NCBI RefSeq assembly: GCF_009914755.1
Contig: NC_060937.1
From: the human T2T-CHM13v2.0 reference genome, Homo sapiens
Length of the DNA: 64,000 bases
Strand: one strand, 5' to 3'
Shown here: positions 9,711 through 23,649 of the stretch, piece by piece
How positions within the stretch are numbered: the stretch's first letter is position 1
Layout of the letters: each line of letters opens with the position of its first letter
Made by a program: the position numbers and the translations under genes
The notes under the pieces: generated by a model
Told to the model about the DNA's origin: nothing
Seen by the model: the letters and a program-made list of their open reading frames with translations, nothing else
The model's database searches: none

Positions 9711-12115
9711 TGAAGTGCCCTTTTTTATTTCTAATAATATTCCTTACTGTGAAAATCTACTTTTTTTAATATTTATGTAGACACTCCAGCTTTCTTTTGA
9801 TTAGTGTTTGCATGGTAGGAGTATTTCTTATAGCGTACGTCTGCTAACAATTTTCTCAGTTTTTGTTTCTCTGGAATGTAGTTTACCATTTATAGGATTC
9901 TTGGTTGATTTGGGTGTTTTAAACCCCCACCACTTTGAATATGTCATTCTGCTGCCTTCACGTTTCTGTTGTTTCTGATGACAAGTTAGCCAGTAGTCTT
10001 GAGGTTGTTTCCTTTTACATAATGAGCCAATTTTCTTTTGCAGTTTTCAGTATTTCTTTTTTTCTTTGGCTTTTAGTAGTGTATGATATGTCTACATGTA
10101 GTTTTCTTTGTATTTCTCCTACTTGGGCTTTGTTGAGTTTCTTGAATCAGATTATTATGAGTTGTATTAGTTGCTTTGAAGTATTTGTTAAACATCTGGC
10201 TCCACTCAGAGTCAGTTTCTTTTGGCTGCTTTTTCTCCTGTGTACTGTTACACTTTTCCCTTTTTTCCCTGTCTGGTAATTTTTGGCTGAAAACTTGACG
10301 TTTTAGGTAAGATATTTTAGCAACTTAGGATTCTCTTTTGTTTTTCTGACGTTTTTTCCTCCTGATGGTTTTTCTTTTTTTTATTTCATGGATTGCTTAG
10401 ATGTCAGCTGTGTAATTTGTCTCCACCGCATTGTGCAATCACTGATGTTTCTGCTCAGTCACTTTTATTTTAGCCTGGCTTTATCCTTCTGTCTGTGTAG
10501 TTTAGTGACCAACCAATGATGTGAACAGAGTTTATACTTAGACATCATGAGACTACAAGACAACTGAACTACATGTGGAATGAGGAATGCATTCAAGGTT
10601 GCAACCAGTCCTCAGTACCCCTTGGTTTTTATTTTCTAGTTTAGCCGTCCATCAGTTATATGTGTGAGCTTAGCTTAACCCCTCTGTGGTTCTTCCACTT
10701 CTAGGATCTCTCAGTTTAATTTCTGATTTGTCTGTCAATGGCCATGAACTAGGCCTGCAACTTAGGGCTAGCAAAGCTATTGTATGGGTTTTCCCCATCC
10801 TTTTTGAACCAAGTCTGCCATTTTTATCCAGCAAAGCAATGAGTTTTCCTTGCCCCGATGTTGAATCAAGTCCACTGCTCTGGCTGCATCCAGCCCTAAA
10901 CTTATAAAGCTACATTTTTTACTGGCCAAGTGACAGGTGTATGGTTGTATCACTAGGCATAGAGGGTCATAATGTTGCTGCCATTTTTACCTGCAGCTGA
11001 TAAGTTTTGAAATAATAGACATTCTTCAATTTGTTGTGTGACTTTGATCAAGCTTCAGTGTACTGAATTGGTTGTTTTTTGACAATTTTGTTCACTTCTC
11101 TACTTAACTGTAGTGGGAAATCACCCAATATCTTCCTGTTTCCATTAGTAGAAGTAGCCATCCACTGATTGATTTCTTCATTGCTTTTGTAGACTCAAAT
11201 TTCAGTCTGGCATCATTTATTTTAAAGCCCGAAAAAGTTTATCATTTCTTGTGAAGCAGGTCTGCTGGTGAATTATCTTAAGAGTTTTTTGGCTTAAAAA
11301 TGTCTTTGTTTTGCATTCCTTTTGGAAAGCATTTTCAATGGACAAAATACAGATGGTTTCAAAATACAAAATACAGATTAAATACTGTAGTTTGACAGTT
11401 TTTCTTCCCCATCTGTGTTTTGTCTTCTGGGTTGTGTTGTTTCTGAAGAGAGATATGTAGTCATCATATTTTTAATTTTATTTTGCTACTATGGCTGCTT
11501 TTAAGATTTCCAACTTCTCTTTATGACTAGTTTCCAACAGTTTGAGTAAGAAGCGTCTTGGTGCGATTTGTGTGTGTGTTTATCTTGCTTTACACTACTT
11601 TGGGTTTGTTGCAGTCCTTGATTTATGGGCTTTTGTATTTTATTAAATTTTGAAAAACTGATTTTGAATATTTTTCTGCCCCTTCCTCTAAGACTAATTA
11701 CATCGTTATTTGGTAGTGTTGCATAAGTCACAGAGTCTCTCTTTTTCCTAGCTTTTTTCTCACTGTCCTACAGTTTGAATAGTTTCCTTCAAGTTTTCAG
11801 CTCTGGCAGTTTCATTTGCTGCTTTTTTATATTTCTCATTGTTTTTATGTTTCTCTTTAAATCTTTTGAACATATTTATAATAGCTCTTCTGAAGTCTGT
11901 CTGCTTATTATATCTGTCATTTCTGGATCTGTTTCTATTGACTGATATTTTTCCTGGTTGTGGGTTAGATTTCTTGCCTTTTTGTATGTGCATTAATTTG
12001 GATTGGATTCTGGCTCTTTCATTATTACATTGTCATGTTACATTATCAAGTGTCTGAATTCTTTTTTTTGTGTGTTTTTTTTTTAACTGTTGGACTTTGT
12101 CTTGGCAGACAATTA

Positions 12116-13197
12116 CAGTTGATCCTTGAACTACAGAAGTCTGAACTGTGTGTATCCATTTATACGTAGTTTTTTTTTCAATAAACAAAAAATTTTTTTT
12201 GAGACTTAATTTGAAAATACTCATGGAAAAATGCATAACCTAGAAATATCTTTTAAAATTTTAAAAAGGTACATCATAAATGCCTAAAATATGTGTAGCT
12301 ACTAGTCTGTTTCATCATTTACTGTGATAAAATATATACAAATCTATTACAAAAAGTTAAAATTTATCAAAACTTTCACAAACTCAGACCATACATGGTG
12401 CCATTCACAGCCAAGAGAAATGTAAACAAATGTAAAATTCAGGGGTCCTCAGCCCCCTGTGGCCTGTTAGGAACTGGGGCCACACAGCAGGAGGTGAGCA
12501 ACCAGTGAGCACCAGAGACTATTACCACCTGAGCTCCACCACCTGTCAGATCAGCAACAGCATTAGATTCTCATAGGAGTGGGAACTCTGTTGTGAACTG
12601 TACATGTGAGGGATCTAGATTGTGTACTCCTTATGAGACTCTAATGCCTGATGATCTGAGATGGAACAGTTTCATCCTTCTCCACCCCTTCCTCCAGCCT
12701 TCTGGGGTCCATGGATAAATTGTCTTCCACAAAACTGGTCCCTGGTGCTAAAAAGGTTGGGGAGTGCAGTATTAAATCATAACTGCATAAAATTACAGTA
12801 CATACTATGCTGCCTGAATACTTCTGTAGCCACCTCCTGTTGGTATTGTAGTGAGCTTAAGTGTTGTATTCATTTAAAATGCCATGTGGTACCTTTACAG
12901 ATTGAGGTCTAAAGCTGTGGTTGCCCTCAATTTCAGACAGTGTATTCATTTTGAAGTATCAGTACAGTACTGTAGGTGTAATTTCTCTTCCATATCACTC
13001 AATATTTTCTGTAGCTTATATAATAATACAGTATATAAGACATATACAAAATGAGTTGACTTTATGTTATTGGTAAGGCTTTCAGTCAACAATAGACTAT
13101 TGGTAATTACATTTTGGGGGAGTCAAAAGTTATACAGGGGTTTTTGACTGCATAGGGGTCTATGCCCTTAACTCTTGCATTGTTGAAGGGTCAACTG
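12116..13197. mobile_element. Tigger2-family (Tigger2b-like) DNA transposon with a nested MER1B
   Basis: TIRs CAGTTGATCCTTGAAC...GTTGAAGGGTCAACTG flanked by TA on both sides. Confidence 0.85.
12440..12768 (+). mobile_element. MER1B nested in Tigger2
   Basis: CAGGGGTCCTCAGCCCC...GGCCTGTTAGGAAC...CCTGGTGCTAAAAAGGTTGGGGA. Confidence 0.88.
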
Positions 13198-13419
13198 TAT
13201 TTGATTATCAGCTTGTTGTTTTTCATGCTTGTTTGTAAACTTTTTTGGAGTAGGCCTGGCGTAGTCTTGAGTCCTAATTTAGCTTTAAAATAGGGGCATG
13301 ATATTTCTAGGGTCTCTACTGCATGTCCTGGAGATCATTGGGGTATAACCATTCTGGGTCACCAGAACTCAAATATCTTCCAGCCTTGTGGGAGCTCTGG
13401 AAATTATTCAGCTTGCAGT

Positions 13420-13935
13420 TTTTATTTTCTCCATGGTTTTAGTTACCCATGGTCAATTGCAATTTGAAAATATTATGTGGCCAGGTGCGGTGACCATGCC
13501 TGTAATTCCAGCACTTTGGGAGGCTGAGGCGGGAAAGTTGCTTAGCCCAGGAGCCCGAGATGATCTGGGCAACATATTGAGACCCTGTCTCTACAAATGA
13601 TAAACAAAATAGAAAATTAGCTGGGTGTAGTGGTATGTGCTTGTGGGCCCAGCCGCTAGTGGGGCTGAGGTGGGAGGATTACTTGAATCTAGGAAGTTGA
13701 AGCTGCAATGGGCTATGATCGTGCCACTGCACCCCAGCTTGGGCCACAGAGCAAGAGCCTGTCTCAGGAAAAAAAAAAAAAGAAAAATCCAGAAATAATT
13801 TGTAAGTTTCAAATTGCATGCCATTCTGAGTAATGTAATACGATCTAATCTTCCACCATCCTACTCCATCCCACCTAAGATGTGAACCCTCTTTGTCCAG
13901 TGGATCCAGACTGTATCTGCTACTTGCGTGTTAGT
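13420..13935 (+). mobile_element. MER44 (Tigger7-derived) fragment split by an Alu
   Basis: CCATGGTTTTAGTTACCCATGGTCAA...GAAAATATTA | CCAGAAATA...AAATTGCATGCCATTCTGAGTA...CTTTGTCCAG. Confidence 0.75.
13479..13786 (+). mobile_element. Alu (AluJ-like)
   Basis: GGCCAGGTGCGGTG... dimer with A-tail. Confidence 0.92.
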
Positions 13936-15899
13936 AATCAACCAAAGATAACAAGGCAACTCTTAACGTAGGAGTGCTTTTCTGTGTAACTCCCTTCTTT
14001 CCAGATCTCTGCCCAACATAGGCAGCCACCTCAGCCTCTCTGAATTCTGCTCCTTTTCCTCAACTCACTGTTATCACAGTTCTCTACCTGGGTTTTTCCT
14101 TCCTACCCTGCAGCCAAATGTAGGGTGGGAAGGAAGGTTTTTCTTTCCCACCCCGCAGCCACTTTCTTCCAGGCAGAAAGCCAGAATGATGGTATAGAGT
14201 TGACCTTACTGGTTGCTTTATATATTTTGTCCAGTTTTTTAGTTGTACAGTGGGAGGGCAAGCCCATTAACAGTTAGTGGCAGTATAAGTCTTGAAGCTA
14301 GGATTCTAACCTAAGGCCCTGGTTTCCATGTGTGAATCAGTGTTTTATGCCATTCTTTAAAAATCTATGATTTTATGTTTCATATAAATTAAAATTTTGT
14401 TCATGGGATTTGTAGTTGTGCAGTATACATCACAACAGAAACTTGTAGTTTTAAGTGCTGTTTTACACTCTGAGATTTATCAGAATTGAGTAATAGTACA
14501 TTAAATATTATTTCCAAATTATAGCACTTAATCACAAAACACATTCCTTAAAAAGTAAAACAAAAAAACAAAAAAAACCTCAACTCTTGGCAGCAATTTT
14601 CTTTGTACCTTGTTCCCAAGTAAAACATAGTCATCTCATATTTTTCAAATTGATGAACAGATTTCTCTAGCTATTTGCTCCTGTTTTTTTTTTTTCCTGT
14701 TTACAATTTCTATGGAAATTTGGAGCATTATCACAAGATGTTCTCTATCAGTTTGATTATAGTGTACAAGATTTACAATAAATTACTTTCCTCTCTGCAG
14801 CTTTGCAAAAATAGTGGTCTCCACAAACCTCAGCTCCTATCTAAATTGCAGCCTAATGCCAATTTACAAACACTATATGGTACCTTTGTGGCTTAGTAGC
14901 TTATGCTCCTTTTGCAGTTGTTTAATTAGCTGATTGCCCACTGAAGTTACCTTCTCTTTAATATAGCAGCACCAGAAACTTAAGCAACTTCCTGAAGAGC
15001 AGCTGTGCAAAATAATTACTAGCTGTAGGCATGGAAAGAGCTTGACACAGTTTCTCTAGAATAACATTAAGTACCTTTATGTGAGGCACTATGCTAGATT
15101 CTTCACAGGCATTCTCTCATTTAATTCTCCTAACACTCTTTGAACTAGACATTATGATCTTGTTTTGCAGATGAGAAACTGGATCCAGCTGATCATGGGT
15201 GCCACTCTAATAAATTCACAGCTACCAACCAAGAAATGGGCTGTCAACACTGCCCAACGGACATATGTTTCTATGATCAAGTCTCCACAATGCCTTTTTC
15301 AAAACTTAATTTGGAGCAAATAATTTTACCTTCTTGTTAGCTACCGAAACCAAATCCATATGCAGCCTATGTTACCATATCCTCATTTGTATGCATCCTG
15401 TTGACTATATCTACATTTATATGCAACCTATATTCTCCTAATACGGTAGAGAAGCTGCCCATCTTCCTTGTTAAGCTTCCCATCTTGTTGGGTTTGTTCT
15501 ATGTTGATTGTCTTTTTCTTTTGATGATTAATCATGTTTTTCTACTTCTTTGTTGAGTAATTGTGAATAGTATCTAGTGGTTATGAATGATCTGGGCTTT
15601 AGAGATTACAGAAGAAAGTATTTGCAGAATTAGGGTTCAAGCTCTCTTGTTCTCTCTTTTAAAGGATTGCCTCTATCATTTTGTAGCAGCAGTGGCTGCC
15701 CCCTAGTCTTCTGGTTCTTTAATCCAATAAGACAGTAAAGTTTTCATAAGAGTTTTAGCTGCCCATGTTAGTGATGACTGTGGCCTGCCTTCAGGCTAAA
15801 TGCCTTAAAAATGAAAAACTCTAGTGCTCTGCCCACCTTCCAATTGTTGATTACCTTCCAGTTTCTGCTGTTCTTCTCTCTCCAGCAGTTGTTTTTTCT

Positions 15900-18945
<3,046 letters not shown>

Positions 18946-19159
18946 GTTGCTTTTTATAAGTTTGTTCAAAGCTTATAGTTGTTATCTACTGTAAGATTGT
19001 CAGCCATACCAGAAGCAGAAATTCCATCTCATTGTTTTATAAATATGGTCAAGTATCTCTTAAAAAAAAAAAATCATTCATATACCTCACATCCTCATCT
19101 TGCACCCTCTCTTTCTACTCTTTACACATTTTTTAAGTGTTTTCTGTTCATATTGCCTA

Positions 19160-19800
19160 CATTTTCTTAGTTTGCAATCCATTTTAATCTGGTTTTCCTT
19201 CTTATAACTTCAAAAATACAGTTTAGTCTAAAAGGGATGTATGTATGTGTGCATCTCCATCCAGTGAATTCTTGCTCTGTATCCAGTGAACTTTTAATTG
19301 ACCTCAGCAATATGTGTTGCCCTTTCTTGAATCTCCTTTTTCCATGGTTTCCCTGAGACAAATATTCTCTTGTATTTTTTCGCCTACATCTTTGGCTGCT
19401 CACTTTACAGGCTTTTTCTTACCAAGCCATCAAATGTGGAATATAGCTTTATTCTCGACTCTCTGCTGCTCATAAGATTCTCTCCCTGGGTGACCTTATA
19501 CATGCCCAAGGCTTTATATACCATCTATTAGCTGTTAACTCCATTTATATGAGCTCAAACTTTAGCTGAATTTCACACTTATGCATCTAAACACCTATCT
19601 GACGTTCGTTCACAGATACTTCAGAGACATCTCAAACTGAACATGTTCCACACTGAGCTTTTGATCTCTTCCAGCCCAAAGTAGACCTTTCCCATTGTTC
19701 CTTTCTCGATGTCATCTTTTCTGATTCTTTTCCATGTTCTACAGCAGTGGGGATTATCTGGGGTTCTACCTAATTTTCTTTATTCAATGACCAGCTTAAT
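19160..19800 (+). mobile_element. L2 fragment
   Basis: CATCTCAAACTGAACATGTTCCACACTGAGCT, typical of L2 ORF2. Confidence 0.65.
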
Positions 19801-20518
19801 ATCTGTCTTTTCCATGCTCCTTCCCCCTTTCTACTTCTGTTCATGAGACAACTCAGTTTTGAGTTCAAAAAGAGTACATGTGTTGATGATTCCCACATCC
19901 AGACATGAGGTGCTTTTCCTAATACAACCATCAGCCATTTCAATTTTGGTTTATCTAAAACAAATTCACCAGCATCTGTTAAACCAGCTACTTCTCTTAG
20001 CTTATTGCTTGTGTCAGGGTACTACTTTTCTTCTAGATACCGGGTGTAAACCTTTAGCATGTAAGTTGACCCCTCTCTCCATTTTGACAGTCATTTGTCA
20101 AGCTCTGGCCTTTATCCCTTGTAGATGGATGTTGCTTTCATCTCTCCCTGTATTTGTCATCAAATGAACCATAACAGGCAGACTAGATGGACTCATGGCT
20201 AGGTATACTCAGATGAGCATAAGAGATTTAAACCAAAAGCATGGGTGTCATTCAAAACAGCTATTTGTGCATTTAAAAATCAATAATTCTTCATACTCAA
20301 CATGGCAAGTAATTTCTATTAAAAAGAGATAGAAATGTAAATATTTAGATTTAGACCACTAAGGGCAACTTCTATCCATTCATTTGTTCAGAAAAATATT
20401 TATTGAGCACCTGCTGTTTGCCATGGCTTTTTTAAGGTACTGGGGATACAGCAGGACAAAATTGACATCAGTTTCCTTTGTGGAGTTTACAGCCTATCAC
20501 GAAGAGATGAATGCAGGA

Positions 20519-20579
20519 TGATAGATAGATAGATAGACAGACAGACAGGCAGACAGACAGGCAGACAGACAGATAGATA
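20519..20579. repeat. Compound (TAGA)n(CAGA/CAGG)n tetranucleotide repeat
   Basis: Read directly. Confidence 0.9.
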
Positions 20580-20816
20580 AACTGATAAAATATTCTATGT
20601 CATGTGTGCTGTGGAGGTGGAGAATTTTGGTTTGTTGTTTTACGTAGACTGTGTTACACAGTAATTTACATAGTCCAGGCAAACTAAACAGTATATGCAA
20701 GACCTGAAGCAGGAAGGAATATGCCAGTGGAGTAGGTTGGGCAAATGGGAAAGTGGCAAAAGATGAGGTGAGAACATTGAGCTAACATGGAGGTGAAGTG
20801 GGATAGATCATATAGG

Positions 20817-21008
20817 GTACTGGTATTCTGGTAAGTGTTTAGCAGCTGGCTCTCTAGGGAAAAAAATCAATAATAAAAGGTCCTGATCTGTAGTGTTTGC
20901 AGTTTTTCTGGTGTAAACACTCTCACCATGGCCAATTTCAAGCTAGCAATGGAAAATATAACAGTCAGCTCTTGTGAGCTAGTATAACCCTTCTCCAGGC
21001 CATCACTG
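20817..21008 (+). mobile_element. MER63A-like (hAT-Blackjack) inside an L2
   Basis: CTGGTAAGTGTTTAGCAGCTGGCTCTCT...GGTGTAAACACTCTCACCATGGCCAATTTCAAGCTA...CATCACTG. Confidence 0.7.
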
Positions 21009-21085
21009 ATATAGAGCCTTGTAGGACAATTGCAGTGATTTTTTTTTTTAAGTGAGAAAGGATGCCACTAAAGAATATTAGAGTA

Positions 21086-21389
21086 GGCCAGGCTCAGTGG
21101 CTCATGCCTGTAATCCCAAAGGAGGCCGAGGCTGGCAGATCAGTTGAGGTAAGGAGTTTGAGACCAGCCTGGCCAACGTGGTGAAGCCCTGTTTCTAATA
21201 AAAATACAAAAAATTAGCTGGGAGTAGTGGTGCGTGTCTGTCATCCCAGCTACTCAGGAGGCTGAGGCAAGAGAATCACTTGAACCGAGAGGCAGAGGTT
21301 TTAGTGAGCCGAGATTGCACCACCACACTCCAGCCTGGACTACAGAGTAAGACTCTGTCTCAAAAAAAAACAAACCAACAAACAAAAAA
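21086..21389 (+). mobile_element. AluS
   Basis: Full Alu with TSD-like TATTAGAGT on both sides. Confidence 0.93.
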
Positions 21390-22761
21390 GTATTAGAGTT
21401 ATGATGTGTTCAGGTTTCTGTTTCAACAATCAACTGGCTCCTGGGTTGAGAATATTAATTACATGTTAACATTTGTCTGTTTTCTTTGATTTACATAGTG
21501 CTAGCTTACACATTGTTTTCAATTATTAATTGTCAATATTTAAAAATATAGAAATACTTCAAAAACATTAACTTCTTGATTTTCTTAAAAAATCAAATTT
21601 GATCTTTATGTTACTAATTTGAATTGTGGAGTGGCTATCTTTTTTACATAGGTATGCATTTTCCATTTCTCACCAGTTTTAGCTATTATTTTACACAGTT
21701 TTTTCTTTGTTTTTAAATTGTGGAGATGAGAAAAATAAACTTTCTAATAACCAAACCTTTTATCAAAATTGGTGTAAAATGAGAGGTAAGAGAGGGTTAT
21801 ATGGTTCAAGAAAAATTGAGCATGCGTATTTCTTTATAGATGTAAAGGATATTTTTAATTTATAATAAAATGTATCTATTTTGAAGGAATACAGCTTAAT
21901 ATATCATTATGAAACATCATACAACAGGTTATGATTAGGTATAAAGATGATTTTTTAAATTGATACACTGAGAAAACATCAAAATTTAATCAGGCTTTGA
22001 TTTTAAATTAATTGAAATAAATTATGTTCTTGTAAAATTAATATTTACTGTATGAAAAATTGTCAGAATAGCAAAACAATTTGCAAATGTCAGTTTCATA
22101 AATGAGTGAGTACAATATATATTGACTTAGAAAAACAAACATTAGCAAAAGTATATCTAAACATAAGTATTGTTTTGAAAATACAGTTAACTTACAGGAC
22201 AAACTCATTTTATGCTGTTTTTAATAGTGATCAAAGTGCAGATATTTAAAATACATCACTGAATTAAGTTAGTTTTGTACATGATAATTTTAATAAAGGA
22301 TTTGAAAACTTGGTGCTCATGAGTCACAACTTTTTTTTAATTTTGAAAGGAAGTCAATAAGCTTAATATACATTGATCAAAATTAGAAAACATAACTAAG
22401 ACAATTCTTCTGTGGTAGTTGATATTACTTTCGGATTTTTTTCCTCACAAAATAAATTCAGTTGGAAGGGTATAAAACTTAAATTTACTAATTGCCTGAT
22501 TCAGCATGAATTTCTTTGAAAAGCAAGCCAAAACCCTCCATGGAATGAGAAATTAACATCATGAACTAGATTGATTCTTATGGCTTGAGAGCATAATGCT
22601 TTGTTGATAAATTGGGTCCATAATTAAAGCGTCTGCTGTAGTTACACAAGGATATATGCAAATGATTTTTGAATTGTTCATGTCATCCAAGGGAAAATCT
22701 ACTAATTTTTCTCTACCCCCATTTCCTGCTTTACAAAGATTGGATTCCTTAGTTTATAATA

Positions 22762-23193
22762 TAGTTGACCCTTGAACAATGTCGGGGGTTGGAGCATCAA
22801 CCCGTCACAGTTGAAAATCAACATAGAACTTTTGACTCCCCCAAACTTAATAGACTAATGTTGACCAGAGCCTTACCAACAACAGAAATACTCAGATAAC
22901 ACGTATTTTGTATGTCGTGTATATTACATTCTTACCATAAAGTCAGATAAGAGGAAAGAAAAGGTTATTAAGAAGGTCCTGAGGAAGAAAAAATATATTT
23001 ACTATCTAAAAATATATATTTACTAAGTAGAAGTGGATCATTATAAAGGTCTTCATCCTTTCTGTCTTTGTGTTGAGCAGGCTGTTGAGGAGGAGGGGTT
23101 GGCTTTGCTGTCTCAGGGGTGGCAGAGGCAAAATAAAACCTACATATAAATGGACCCATGCAGTTCAAACCCATGTTTTTCAGGGGTCAACTG
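22762..23193. mobile_element. Tigger2a (MER28)
   Basis: TIRs (T)AGTTGACCCTTGAACAA...CAGGGGTCAACTG, TA-flanked, ~430 bp. Confidence 0.85.
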
Positions 23194-23649
23194 TATAACC
23201 CATCTAAACAGTGACTATTTTTTGTGTAAGGTCATTCTTAAAGCATTGCACACACATATGATCCAATTCACACATTCTGCAGTTGGCTCGTTAGGAAACT
23301 ATTTGTCTGGGAATAATCTGGTCTACAATCTTGTGGGAAAAGAATACCCAGACATTTAAATAACAGACCTAAGTATGAATCCATTCCCCAAACTGTGAAG
23401 TTGAAGACTGAATTTTAAAATTGGCTTTCAGATATCAAATTTTATAAAAAATGAATTGACATTGATATTGTGAAACATTGATATTCCACAAATGAGATAT
23501 ATTAAATTGAGGTGCAACATGGTATTGAAAACTAACTATGAGAGTATTGCACTATCTGAATTGCACAAATATCTTGAGAAAAGTTACTTTCAATATAAAA
23601 AGCAGTAAGCAAAGATTTTAACTGTAAGTTATTGTCATCCAGGAATAAT

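Larger units (their letters stand above)
8570..12110 (-). mobile_element. Fragmented old L1 (L1M/L1MC-ME) block
   Basis: T-rich antisense L1 phrases (TTGAGATTCATCCATATTGTTG, CAGGTCTGCTGG, TTTGAACATATTTATAATAGCT). ORF1-like remnants in the minus-strand ORFs at 11501 and 11760. Confidence 0.7.
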
